Of a stretch of 64,000 bases of DNA, positions 45,617 to 58,000 are shown one piece after another. Every line of letters starts with the position of its first letter. Position 1 is the first letter of the stretch. Where the stretch lies: the NCBI GenBank assembly GCA_020137815.1, contig CM035351.1, forward strand, positions 2,356,001 through 2,420,000. Direction: 5' to 3'. Source of the stretch: Hormiphora californensis. Taxonomy: Eukaryota; Animalia; Ctenophora. The notes under the pieces are model-generated. The model did no database searches and had not been told where the DNA came from. It saw only the letters and a program-made list of their open reading frames with translations. Position numbers and translations under genes: made by a program.

Positions 45617-46787
45617 CTCAGGGAACAGTTTACACATGAAGGAATAAAGTCTGTGTTCGATTTTTCTGGACAGTCCTTTGATTCGTGGTTTTTTTGAGCA
45701 GTGTGCACACACTGAGTCTCGATCACAGCCTGCTGCTGAGTGATGGAAGCCTTGACACTTGTAGCACTGTAACACGTGTACTCTGTCGACAACGTTACAC
45801 GCAGTGTATCCAACGAAGACTACCCTCTGGCGAAGGAGTTGTCTCTTTGTTTGAGTGGGTAGGCGTAGACCGATGGTAGCGAGTTCAGGATTCCGATAGT
45901 TTTTTCTGTAAGACACAACATCCACAGCAATGCCCTGTAGTTCCGGATTCTTCTCCTGTAGGACTTCTATGATGATTTCACTTCGTTTTCGTCTATCGTC
46001 TTCTTGATTAATAGAATCAGAGATGGGAAAATTTAGGACCGTGAGTTTGCTTGTTGGATCTGATCTCACTCTTACTGTCTTGGTACGTAGACCCGTGCTA
46101 AGGGCGTCAGCTGCTTTCTGACCCTCACTCTCTGGTACGGTCACGATGACCAAGTTTTTCTTTTTGTCCATTCTTGACACTTTCGTCTTGGAGAGAGCAT
46201 TTTCACTTAACTTCTGGACCTCGTCGATATCAATCTCTTCACAGTCAATGTAGATTTTTCGCCACGGAAGTGCTGGTTTGGGAATATCACTGAAAGACGG
46301 TTTAGGTGGTAGGGTAGGAGTGCGGACTGGCGTAAGGGTTGCAGCAGCAGCAGCAGCAGCAGTAGCATGAGCATATGGCGCTGCCTGGTTCAGAGGTATC
46401 ATCGCAGCAGTAATTCTGTCGGTTACTGCAGATAGTATATCTTCCTTGAATTTTTCTAGATGATTGTTCATGTCTTCTATAACATTGAGATTATCGAGAG
46501 GGTCATTTTCATTGGACGAAGGAGTTTGGCGAGTGTTGAGAGCTAGAGCATCAGTAAGTGCACATACCGCCTGGTATGACTGTTTTAGCAGTGCCCACAA
46601 TGATTTTCGGTCTGGGTTTCTCGGAGGAAGTTCAGAATCCTCGTCCAACAGGTGAAGAAGGTTCTCGTTGATCAGCGCTTGTTGGAGTTGGTGTGTGGGA
46701 TCAGGGACATGGGAGGAAGAAGCGGCTGCCCCGTCCATTAGCGTCGGACTGCCCATAAGGGGCGGTTCCATAAACCTAGGGCAAGAT

Positions 46788-46832
46788 CTCAATAAATAGT
46801 TTTACGTTGTAGTTGATGAAAGTTTGAAGCCC
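46788..46832 (-). other. Spliced-leader-like sequence at the LINE 5' end
   Basis: GGGCTTCAAACTTTCATCAACTACAACGTAAAACTATTTATTGAG resembles ctenophore SL exons as recalled (..TTCAAACTTTTCAACACTAC...ATTAATTTGAG); the comparison is from memory. Confidence 0.5.
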
Positions 46833-47553
46833 TTTGTTTAAAGGCCAAGATGTGTCTCTTCGCCTAAGTTGCAGCCCCTGTATCAGGCCGTCAAAAACCC
46901 GTGCAATCGTGGTTTGCATCACATGCGAAAGCGTTCCCCTTACATTTTACAAGTTTGAAGTTTCAGAGGACAAAAAACAGTTTTTGAACTTCAAAACTTT
47001 GGAACAAAATTTCGCAGTGCAGTTTGCGAAAAATTTATGATGAAAAAAAGTCAACGCCATGCAACGCAAAAGTAAAATATTTCGCGCGTGACGTCAAAAT
47101 CAAACAAATGCAGCGCATATTATTAAAAACTGAGCCGAAAATAAAGTTTTTATTTTGAAGTTTGTCTTTTTCAAAATTTTGATTTTTTTAAACCGTTTTT
47201 TTTCTTTAAAAACTGAAAAGTCCAAACTCCAAAATCAACTTTCTTGAAGCCCCGAATTCCATTATTGTGACCTGCGCTGAGCAGCGTTTCGTAACCGATT
47301 ACCGGCGGATGCACTTAATGCTGAAATGTTTTAAATGACTGAGCATTCCTCTGTGGTCTGTAGTCTGCCTCGGCAGTCGGCCCTCAGGACTCCCGACTCG
47401 ACCGGCGACCGCTCAGCAGTCACCGCTGGCCTGTGTACTGGCGTTAGTTAATTTCGCAGTTCGTACTTGTGTCAGACTGCCTCATGCTTGTTTCTTGTAC
47501 TAATGTATCATTTAATTTGCTTAAATTTATGACTGGTTAGCTGCGAAGTGAAA

Positions 47554-50500
47554 ATGTCCGCTGTAAACAGACGGAATGCTAATGAACTGCTATGTGGACC
47601 GATTGTCTCACCTCTTTTGGAATACTCCGTGGTTCTACTAGTTCATGGCGTTTCCTTCCAAAGTATCGACCAACTTAGAGCAGAGGTAAACATTTGGTCA
47701 TTTTTGATACCCACAATTATTATGTTTCGACCGATGATGCACCTACTCTTCCTTGATCCGCTGTCTGGCGGCCCTGACCCGATCTGAGCGGCACCAGACA
47801 GTGACTAATAGTAATTTGTTTTTTGTCCCAGGACGGTTACGACTTGAAGTTAAGTGTTCAGATAGCCAGAGTTAATGAAGAGCTGCCAATATTAAAAACA
47901 AAAACCGTCCCCCTCAGTAGGTAGGGAATCGATTGTTGAGTTACTCAGCAAGGAATTGATGAATCATACCCATAAAGAAATGAGCTCCTATCCGGTTACA
48001 TGATCATACTCATCATAGTAGGATATAAGTGTTGGGTATAATAAGTCTGTGTGGGTGTGTAAGTATCCCTTTTAACCTAAGCACATTACAGATCAGTATT
48101 TGAAGAGGTATTAGTTGTTCACACGGAAACACTTGAAGAACTAGAACTTCTCCTTTGTACTGCCGAGGAGGTGCTAGATGAGTATGCACTACGCCTTGGT
48201 GACTGGAGTTCCTTTACCTATAAACACCTGGCGCTGGCAGGGCAAAGCAGTGAATTGTTTATCACAGCAGTGGTCAAGTCAAGATCAATACCACCTGCTT
48301 TATCACCACATCTTGATCTACAGGTACTTTTCGGTGTTGGGGCAGGGTTCAGGAATCGCCACGCCTATTCTCCAACTTTCATTCGCCTTACTGGCTTGTT
48401 ACTCAACTGTTAGTTGAGTCAACTGGCCCCTTACTCAACAATTACCGGCAGGTTATGGTACAATATCTGGAGACGCCGATCAGCCACCCAAAGGAAGGAG
48501 TGATGATACTTGGCAGTGACAACTTTATAAAGGATCTTGCACAGCTCCCCATCAACTCGAACAGCAACGTAAGGATCAAGATTCAAGAGTCCATTTTTAA
48601 AATCCTGATAGTTACAACTTACAAGTTGCCCAAGCCCACTATTTTCCTTGGTTATGAAATACCCCGTTACCAACTATTTTCTCCCGTTCAGATCCAGGTG
48701 ACGGTACCTCAGGGACCCTCTGATCAGCCACAGTGGTACCATACCTTCCTGTTCCGCGGCTGTTCCCTGGAACAAACCATTGGCCTTCACTTCTTCCACC
48801 AGGCATATGTGATACAGGATACTGTGAGTAACGGCTTTTTTAATGTCAATGTATTAAGAAGTTTTATGATCTGACCTCTCTGAACCGAACTTTCTGAGGC
48901 TGTGTTATAGTGAGTGTATTGTGTGGTGTGCACTGTACACGAAGATACCGTCGTGTAGTTAGATCTAAGCCCTATAGCCAACCATTTCTCAATTTCATGA
49001 TTGTGGGGGGGGGCCACCACCTTTTTTTTTGCCCATTGCCCATAATCCCAGCGAATTTTGGTTTTGCCCATATGGGCAAAAATGGGCAAAAGTGGGCAAA
49101 AATGGGCAAAATGAAATTTTTAGTGTTTTTTGTTGTTTTTTCAACTCTATAACTTGATTTTAATTCTTTAAAGTGAGAGAGAACAGCCCTGATTTTGATA
49201 AAACTCGGTCAGAATGGTCTTTGGTGTCACATTAGAAGTCAAAAAATTGTTTAGTGGTCAAATCGTAAATTTAGGATTTTTTAAATTTTTTTAAAGGTTT
49301 TAGGCTTTATGGCTTTATTTTGTTCTAGGACGTTTCTGAAGCCCATGAAAGCCAAAAAACCTAAAAACCTAAAAAATTCTAAACTTAGGATTTGAGCACT
49401 AAAATTTTTTTGACTTCTAATATGACACCAAATACCATTCTGACAGAGTTAAATCAAAATCAGGGCTGTTCACTTTCACTTTGAATAAGTTAAATCAAGT
49501 TATAGAGTTGAAAAAACGACGTATAACACTGAACATTTCATTTTGCCCATTTTTGCCCATGTTTGCCCATTTTTGCCCAAAGTCCCACGATTTTTGAAAA
49601 TTCAGTTTTGCCCATATGGGCAAATATGGGCAAATATGGGCAAAAAAAAAGGTGACGGCCCCCCCTGATTGTGATATAGCAGGGACAAAACGATATGTAA
49701 CCCACTCATCCGGATATGTTTCCAGCAACAGTGGAGACTGGGTGAAAAGTTGGCTGAATGTCCTATGACCTTATCTCGAGGCTTAGTGGCCCTCCTGGAG
49801 TCTAATCCGGAGGGGGTGTGCTTCTCTCGAGTTCCACTTCTTTCCATCCAACCAACTCTCTTCGCCAGAATCTCCCTAAAACTAGGTAGGTACTTTTTAT
49901 GTTCTAGCCCTTTACAGGGTGCCGTGAGACAGGGTCGAGCAAGGCAAGTAGGTACTTCGTCCGGTAAATCTTTGTATTATGATTATGATGATGCTAAAAC
50001 ACTACCAAACTCACCACTCGTTTATACTCAGGTTGCACTCCTGCACTCTCGCCGAATGCCATTCCCAAAGTGACCAGACCGTGGGGCGAGTGGGAGGAAA
50101 TAGCACCAGAACCACCACGACCACAGACCACTGACAATGCTCCAAAACACATTCCCGCCAATGGAGAAGAGAGTCCACTCAAGGATCTCGTACTGCCTGA
50201 ACATTCGGCTATAATGAAACTGCTGGAGAGACACTCGACACCTCAAACAAGTCACCATCCAATAGCTGTGACTGGGCCAACAGCAGGGGGAGGGACTGGA
50301 ACGGGCCAGAACTCTGAGTATATGGGGAAAGTAATTGAATCTCAGGCGGCGGAACTCGCTCGATACCGGTAACTGTTCCTGAGATAGGACTTCTAATCTT
50401 CTAGTCGTACAATTAGTTCACTGCTTTATTTATTCTCCTCAGTCTTATTCCTAATTAGGAGAGGAAAAACTGAAAAATTTAGGCAACTAATTGTTATAAA

Positions 50501-52395
50501 AGCGAAAACCACTCTACCCGACTAATTTTGATACGCTGAATCCAATGAGCAACTTACGCAAGCGCTCAGAGGTGGAGAAAGTGCCCTAATTGGCCATAAT
50601 TGGGTACCTGTATTTTCAGCCTGAGGCCAAAACCATAAGTACCCTTAAAATAGGAGTAAAGACAAATCTGAGGGCACTAAAGTGATCAGCGTCCTCGCAT
50701 TAGTGGGGGTAGGTGCCGGAATTAAGTCTCTATCTCATCTGGTTAATTGAATAATTGGATAATTAGATAGGCGCATAACCGTATTTTGGCTATATGGCTA
50801 TAGCCACTTAGGAATGGTTTAGAGACGTTTCATTGGTGCCATTTTGTAGACAATGGCCAAGTTATGGGGGGTCGACGTCGGACTTCTAAGCTCTATCTTC
50901 AACCGTTTAGCCGTTATTTGGCTTTAAAGGTACTCAAAATCGGGCTTTTTACCGTTTTTCGCTCATTTTGAGTACCTTTAAAGCCAAATAACGGCTAAAC
51001 GGTTGAAGAAAGAGCTTAGAAGTCCGACGTCAACCCCCATAACTTGGCCATTGCCTACAAAATGGCACCAATGAAACGTCTCTAAACCATTTCTAAGTGG
51101 CTATAGCCATATAGCCAAAATACGGTTATGCGCCTATCTAATTATCCAATTATTCAATTAACCAGATGAGATAGAGACTTAATTCCGGCACCTACCCCCA
51201 CTAATGCGAGGACGCTGATCACTTTAGTGCCCTCAGATTTGTCTTTACTCCTATTTTAAGGGTACTTATGGTTTTGGCCTCAGGCTGAAAATACAGGTAC
51301 CCAATTATGGCCAATTAGGGCACTTTCTCCACCTCTGAGCGCTTGCGTAAGTTGCTCATTGGATTCAGCGTATCAAAATTAGTCGGGTAGAGTGGTTTTC
51401 GCTTTTATAACAATTAGTTGCCTTTTTGGCTTATTTTTGGGCAGTTTTTCCTCTACTAAATACAAATGTTTCTCAGGGAGGCAGTGCAGAAGATGGGACA
51501 GGATATTCTGGCGTGTCGGGATCACATAGTAAAACTAAAAGACTCCAACAGCTCATTAAAGAGACAGATCCGGGAGTTACAGAGTCCCATTGAAGGCGTG
51601 TCATCTGCCTCCAAAGAGGACTTGGCTAGAGAGGTTCGACGTTCAAGACAAATCATCAAAGACCAGGTACTTAACATTTTAAAGTTAACTTATTGTTCAT
51701 ATATGTTGGTCGTAGGGTTGGTTCCCTTAGCTCTACAGAGTTGTAAACCAATTCCAACTCATTTCTTCAGTCTCTTAGCTACTTATTATATATCTCCTTT
51801 CAGAATGCCAAAATGATTGAGATGGGTGATACAATGAAAACGATGAAGCAGGTAGCAGTAAAGTATGAGGGTGAGAGAAGGGAAATGGACGAGTTGCGAA
51901 ATGCTCACACTGCCCAAAATCAGCTACTGCAAAAGCTCCAGGAAAAGGTTTACAATCTTTACATTTCTCAGTCTCAGTAGTAACGCGGTGCCTAGTAACC
52001 GGCTATAACTTTGATTGTCTTATGATCAATGGTCCCATTTTCAGGTTAAAGTGACCCGACTATTGGAGAAGACATGCCGAGATCAAGAGAAAGTGATAGA
52101 GACATTAGAGGTGATGGTCCGGGAGGGAGCCCCAACTGGGAGACACGCAGCTCTACCCTCTACCTCTCAACTAGCCCTACCGGCACCAATCGCAGTACCC
52201 AAACTGGAGCCCCGAGAAACCACAGAGCCTGACCAGCCTGCAGGAGACCTGCCAAATGAGTCGAATATGAGGCTTAAAATCCGGGAATTAGAAAACAAAT
52301 TGAAGTTTTCAGAAGAGGCCCACCAGGAAGAACTTGCGGACGTGATGGCAACGAAAATGGACCTTCAGCTACAACTTGCCCGGTTTAGAAGGTGA
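47554..52395 (+). CDS. CCDC33-like C2-domain/coiled-coil protein (multi-exon)
   Basis: C2-like exons (VVKSRS..QPQWYHTFLF); AELARYR|EAVQKMGQDILACR; ELRNAHTAQNQLLQKLQ; LEKTCRDQEKVIETLE resemble the CCDC33 C-terminal coiled coil. Confidence 0.65.
49006..49665. mobile_element. Largely palindromic MITE with 8-bp TSD in a CCDC33-like intron
   Basis: TSD tgattgtg at 48998-49005 and 49666-49673; termini gggggggcc..caccttttttttgcccat / atgggcaaaaaaaaggtg..ggccccccc; internal tgggcaaa repeats. Confidence 0.8.
50460..51454. mobile_element. ~1-kb foldback element in a CCDC33-like intron
   Basis: Termini agaggaaaaactg / cagtttttcctct; near-perfect arms 50481-50940 and 50965-51423. Confidence 0.88.
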
Positions 52396-53350
52396 CGCGC
52401 ACCGTGCGCGTTCTGTGGAAAGTACACTTTTCAGCACTTGGTGTTCGATATGTGTAGACCCCGTGTGTGAATATGGTGCTACTGCTAACCGGGACTAGGG
52501 TTGGCAGTTGGACATATGGCCCCTTTTGAGCAAAACAGTAAACCGTAAACGGCTAATTTAGCAAATTACTGTGTGATAAACCGATTTTTTTTGCGTTGTA
52601 ACCGAGAATAATTCCATTCTGTAACAAAGAGATAAACAAGTTCTTTCAAAAAAGTGCAACCTGTTGACTTGATTCAAGATTGAAGAATGGTTCACAATTC
52701 AAACGGGGGAATGAAAAGTAGTGGACAATGAAGCATCGCACTACTAACACACACAGGGAAATAAGGGAAGGGGAATAGGGGGCAACATATCGTCTCTTTA
52801 AAAAACGTTTTAACTGATCAGTCCTGAACTGGCGAGTGTCTGAGTTCTATCATTAAAATCACGTGTCACAAACGTGTGCCAACTCACTGATCATCTAAAG
52901 ATCTAATATCTATGTGTCCTCTCTTGCTTGTATCATAATAGTATATAGGAGCTGTGGAGTCTCGTTTCATGCAGGAGGGAGGGAGGGGGAAGAAGGGGGG
53001 TGTGAACCAAGTCGGTAGGTTTAAAACCCTCTCTCGGTAATTATCGGAGGGATGAGGAGGTCTGGGGTTGTCTGGAGCTGTTTCATTTTATGTATGTTGA
53101 TACCGCACTTCCTATCAATATGTAACACACTTTGTAATCATCCACCTTATATATCATATACATCTGCAGTTCGTCTTGTAAATTCTTCATTTGTGTGTGT
53201 GCCACTCTGGGCATCTGTTGTTGTTTGTTGTTGGAAGAGAAAGAGAGGGAGCAGAGTGGTGGAACATAGTGCCATTGGGAACGGAGGAGGATAGGGTTTG
53301 CATCTTGTCGCATCAACAACACAGTGAGACACACTGCACTCCAGGGACCG

Positions 53351-54123
53351 CTAGACAAAACCGGGCCTGTCCGCCTGGTAGGTACTATCCTGGGAGAGCA
53401 GGCCATCACCCGGCTGTGACTTGAACTCCTCCAGCACGTATCTGGGTAGAGGGAGATGGGGTTACATGGAGTGTGGGAGAGGGATAGAAGGGGGGGGGGG
53501 TAACATGGTGTGTGGGAGAGGGAGGCGGGGTGAGAGGGTGTGTGGAGAGGGAGGCGGGGTGGTTAGGAAGAGGTCAACGATTAGGAAGAGTTGGGTTCTG
53601 ATTGGATCTCACTTACGTGTCTTGAGATAGTTCAAGTTGAGACAATGGTTGGCTCATGCTATGTTGACTCATGATGGGCTGGGTTAGTGGTGCAGAACCA
53701 GTGTACCCAGGGTACCCTCCATACATCTGACTCAGATCACTCCCATAGGGGACAGCAGCAGCTGCAGCAGCGGCCGCTCCTCCCTTGCCCCTCTTGGCGG
53801 TACCGGGGTAGTAGTTACGGTGGGGTGGAGGAGGGGCTGCCATGAACATTCCAACTGGTATGGGAACATTAGCAGGGATAGCAGCCGGGTTGGGAGCACT
53901 GTTTATGAAACCCATCTGGTCGTGGGGCTTGTAGTAGTCGTCCCGGTACATGTCAATACCTGGGCCAGAACCGGGCATTCTCTCGTACGTAGCACTAGAC
54001 ATGAACACCTGTAGGGAAGGAAGTGTCAAAAAAGTGAGATTGTTGCTTTTACTAAAGAGAGTAAAAGTGAGATTGTTGCTTTTAATTAAGAGAGTAAAAG
54101 AAAGATTTGTTACATTAACTAAG

Positions 54124-54187
<64 letters not shown>

Positions 54188-54949
54188 TAAAAGGTTCCTA
54201 CTGTAACACACCTCTCGGGCATCATACATAGCGGTCCTCATGAAGCTAGCTCCAGGGTTGTCCCTGTTCACCAGGGGTTTCTTGGGTTTACTGAAACTCA
54301 TCAGACAACTCTTCAGGTTATTCAGGGGTCCCTCAACCAGCAGATCGGCATCCTTGAAGTGGCCCAACAAACGGTGCCACAGAGCCTGTTTGGCCAGGAC
54401 CTTGGGGTTTCCAATGATAACCACACCATGCTTGGCTCGTGTCAGGGCCACATTTAGACGTCTAGGATCGTTTAGGAAGCCAATTCCTTGGTGCTCGTTG
54501 GCTCGCACACAGGATAGAATGATGAAGTCCTTCTCTCGACCCTGGAACGCATCAACTGACGCCACCTCAAGCTCCTGAAACGGGAAATGGGTAAACACGG
54601 ATAATTTAGGGCGCAATGATATCTGAATTTTCTTTCTCTTTCTCGAATGAAGACAGTGTCTCAACATGAAATTTGAAAATATTCGTTTTACCTTTTAAGT
54701 AAATGGAATTGGGGTAAAAACGGGGCATGAGTAAACATGTCCGTGGGTTGCGCAGGTGAAAATGATCTTCCCTTGTTCATATAAAAGGTACAAAATATCC
54801 TAGATTTTACATGGCCACGGCATCATTTGGGAAGCCATTAGAGAACCATTAGTGTCTGTTATGGCCTTAACCATGCATCACATGGTTGGTTTGGCAACCA
54901 TACAATCTGAGTGAGACAATCATGGGAATTTTCAGGTGTATAAATCACA

Positions 54950-55021
<72 letters not shown>

Positions 55022-58000
55022 TGTGTGTGTGTCACATCCGTCCTTCCCGTGACTTAATGATTGTTGACTTTGGAGGAACATCTAATAACATTGCCCCAGC
55101 TTGTGTCCCCCGTGTCACGCTGCCCTATTGTTTACTTTTAGTCTCTCTCTCTTTCTTTCTCTATCTCTCTCTTTCTCTATCGCTCTCTTTCCTTCTCATT
55201 CTCTCTCTTTCCTTCTCATTCTCTCTCTTTTTCCTTCTCTCTATCTATCTCTCTCCATTCCTTCTAGATCAAAAATGCTATAAAAGGAGGAAATGTAGCT
55301 TTCAAAACATTGCGTAGAAAGACTTCCTCACTCAACATTCGAATTCTCTGCGTTGATCAGGACTCCAATTTCTTTTGTACATAAAACCTTCCCTCAGTCA
55401 CTAAAATACTGTTATGTTTGTTTCTCGATCTAGTGATACAATCTCTGCATTTGCTGGCACTATGGTTGTTTGTCGCCCGGTTAGCTTTTTGCTATTATTT
55501 TGGGCCATTTTATGTCAGTGAAATTCTTAGTGATAACCGATATTGTAGATGAAAGGTGCTCCGTGTTCTCCACAACAATTTACGAGCACCCCGTGCAATG
55601 CCTTTGTGCAGTCTTGTCCGATTAAATCTTCAATTGAGCATTATCATGATAATAATATCAACTTTCTATTCCTGTTTTAGCCCAATTCCTCACCATGCCT
55701 GAACAACTTGAAACCTACGGAGAATTCGAGAATACGGTTCTCAAAGCATCAGCCGACAAACTCGTCGTTGTTGATTTCTGGGCTACCTGGTGCGGGCCCT
55801 GTGTCCGATTTGCCCCCACCTTCGGAAAGATGGCCGAGGAGATGACCGACGTGCTCTTCTTCAAGGTGGACGTGGACAAGAACACACAAGCTAGTGAATA
55901 TGCTGAGATCAGCTGTATGCCAACTTTCAAGATCTACAAGGCTGGAAAGTGTTTGGATACTATTGAAGGAGCGAATGAGGCTAAACTGAGGGCGAGCATT
56001 ACTAAACATAAATAACTCTTTCATGTGTTTGTATCCGATCACCGTGTATTCAATTGTGTTACTGTTAAGTTTTTGTTACTCATTACTTTAAAATATTACG
56101 TTTTTAATGGTTTCCTGCCCCTATTCCTGTGTATGAATACCCGTGATTATATACTCAATACGAGGGGGAGCCGGGAATATATTTACCTGGTATAGATTGG
56201 AGTGCATGCTTCCATGATACTGCATGTACTGCACCACGTACGCTCTCTGTCCCTCGTAAGGGGTAATCACTCCGATCTGGTCTGGTTTCACACCACACTT
56301 CATCAGACGAGTTACAATCTTCTCAACATTGGCCGCCTCGGTCCGGTTCAGATAACTCGTACCCGAGGATGAAATCTCCTCTTGTCCTGAAAAGAAGAGG
56401 AGGGTCAGCTATGGAAGGGGTGGATCCAGAACCAAATTAAGGAAGTTGTCGGGGGGGGGGGGGTTGCATGGCAACACTATTCTTCTGTTAGAGTCAGAAT
56501 AAACAATAAATGATGGGAGATGAGTATTCAGTGTTATGGAACACTTATGTAACTAACCGGTGGTAACCCAGAAAAACATGGGTTTATCGGGGATAGGCCA
56601 GGGGAAATCAATGTTGTTGTTGCCCCGTTCCGCGTGGGTTACTCCGTTCTGCAGGGTACCATCGTAGAAGATGTCACTGGGGAACTGCGACAGGGACGGG
56701 TGCATCCTGTACTGGACCTGAGGGTGATTAAGCTCATGGTAGGGGGACTCTCATTACCAATAACATAATGGAAGATGTTATTGGAAACTTGCTCATTGAT
56801 TAGATTGTTTAATTTTGTGAAAACTATCACTGACAATAATATTTTATCTTCCTGGGCCGGATTCAATGTGTTATGTAAGGAATGTTACCTGTAGCCGAAT
56901 TGGCCGAATCCCAAGAATAATAAGCCTCTCAAACAGAGACTGAGCGAGACCCGCCCGGGCTGCCTTCTTGCACATAACAACTGGTCCCAGCTGGCAATGA
57001 TCCCCAACAAGAATAACCTGTGAGATGGAGAGATAAAGATCGAAGGATTGGGGGCATCCCAGTGGTTTATAACTCAGACGTCACTTCTGAAAAAAAGCAT
57101 ACCTGTTTGGCTCCCAGAACGATGGGCACCATGCACTCCGGCTCCGTTGCCTGGGTACTCTCATCTATCAGGATGGTCCTAAACCTGAGTTTGGCCAACC
57201 TGGGATCCCCAGCCCCCACACAGGTACAACAGATAACATCTGCATTCTGGAGTAACTCCCTCTCCGCTTGTTTTCTCAGCGTCCTGAACCTCTTCTCGTC
57301 CGCACTTGACAGCTCACCCTGATCCTCTTTTAGGGCTTGTAGTTTCTCTAACTCACCGTAACCCTCCAGTGCTTTAACCTGGGGGAGATGGAGTGTTTTA
57401 TGACACAATATGCTTCACATTGTGTCGTTAAAGTGAGGGGGCTGTCGTTAAAGTGAGGGGGCTGTCATTAAAGTGGTTAGAGGGAATCACAGTAGCGGGT
57501 TGTGTGGTTAGGGGGGGGGGGGGTTAATTACAGTAGCAGGGTCGTATCATACTCGGTCTCAGTATTTACCTGGCGATGAAGGGAGAGGAATGCCACAGGA
57601 GACTCGATTGTTTCCCTGCTCTTGGCACACAACCTAACCACCTTCAGACCGGTCCGATGAACCTTGTCGGTCAGTTGATCGACAGCGGTGTTGGAGGGGG
57701 CACACATCAGCACCCTGCCTCCCCGATCACCAGCACCCCTACACAGGTGGTACACAATCGTAGCTGATGTAACTGTCTTGCCTGATGAGGGGGGGGGGTA
57801 ATTTGTTGTACTAATCAGTATATGGATACATCATACAAACGTCCTGGTAAACGAACTAAAACATTCAAATAACCAACACCGGGGGCACGGAGAAGTTGAG
57901 AAAAAACAAAACTCAATACCAGGATAGGAAGTGGGGTGTGATAAACATGATAGGAAGTGGGATGCGATAACCAACACTAGGATAGTAAGTGTGACAAACA

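Larger units (their letters stand above)
43116..45617 (-). mobile_element. Composite non-coding retroposon (tandem 457-bp monomers + unique core + 51-bp VNTR + poly(A)) inserted in LINE ORF1
   Basis: TSD tcagggaacagttt at 43102-43115 and 45618-45631; poly(T) on + at 43113-43126; host third zinc knuckle CVNCSL|NGKSK..HRANSTECP is split. Confidence 0.9.
38208..46832 (-). mobile_element. L2/CR1-group LINE: ORF1 (zinc knuckles, ~46770-43004, interrupted), ORF2 (APE + RT, ~43016-39125, interrupted), 3'UTR with (TTGA)n tail
   Basis: Knuckles CYKC..H..C, CAHC..H..C, CVNC..HRANSTECP; EN motifs CLTETW, GDFN, LDLV, PDH; RT motifs YRPISNL, DLSAAFD, GVPQGSILGP, YADD; C-terminus LKTHLF; (atca)n at 38208-38231. 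Confidence 0.93.

Noticed and set aside
43978-45813. Repeated 121-172-aa ORFs (MEFRIKLNL...) and the 17-aa repeat ORF at 43343-43690
   Set aside because: Non-ATG starts; these are by-products of the tandem repeats with no domain signal.
47761-47802. Hairpin ctgtctgg...ccagacag in CCDC33-like intron 1
   Set aside because: A single short stem with no ribozyme, snoRNA or SECIS features and no second copy in the window.
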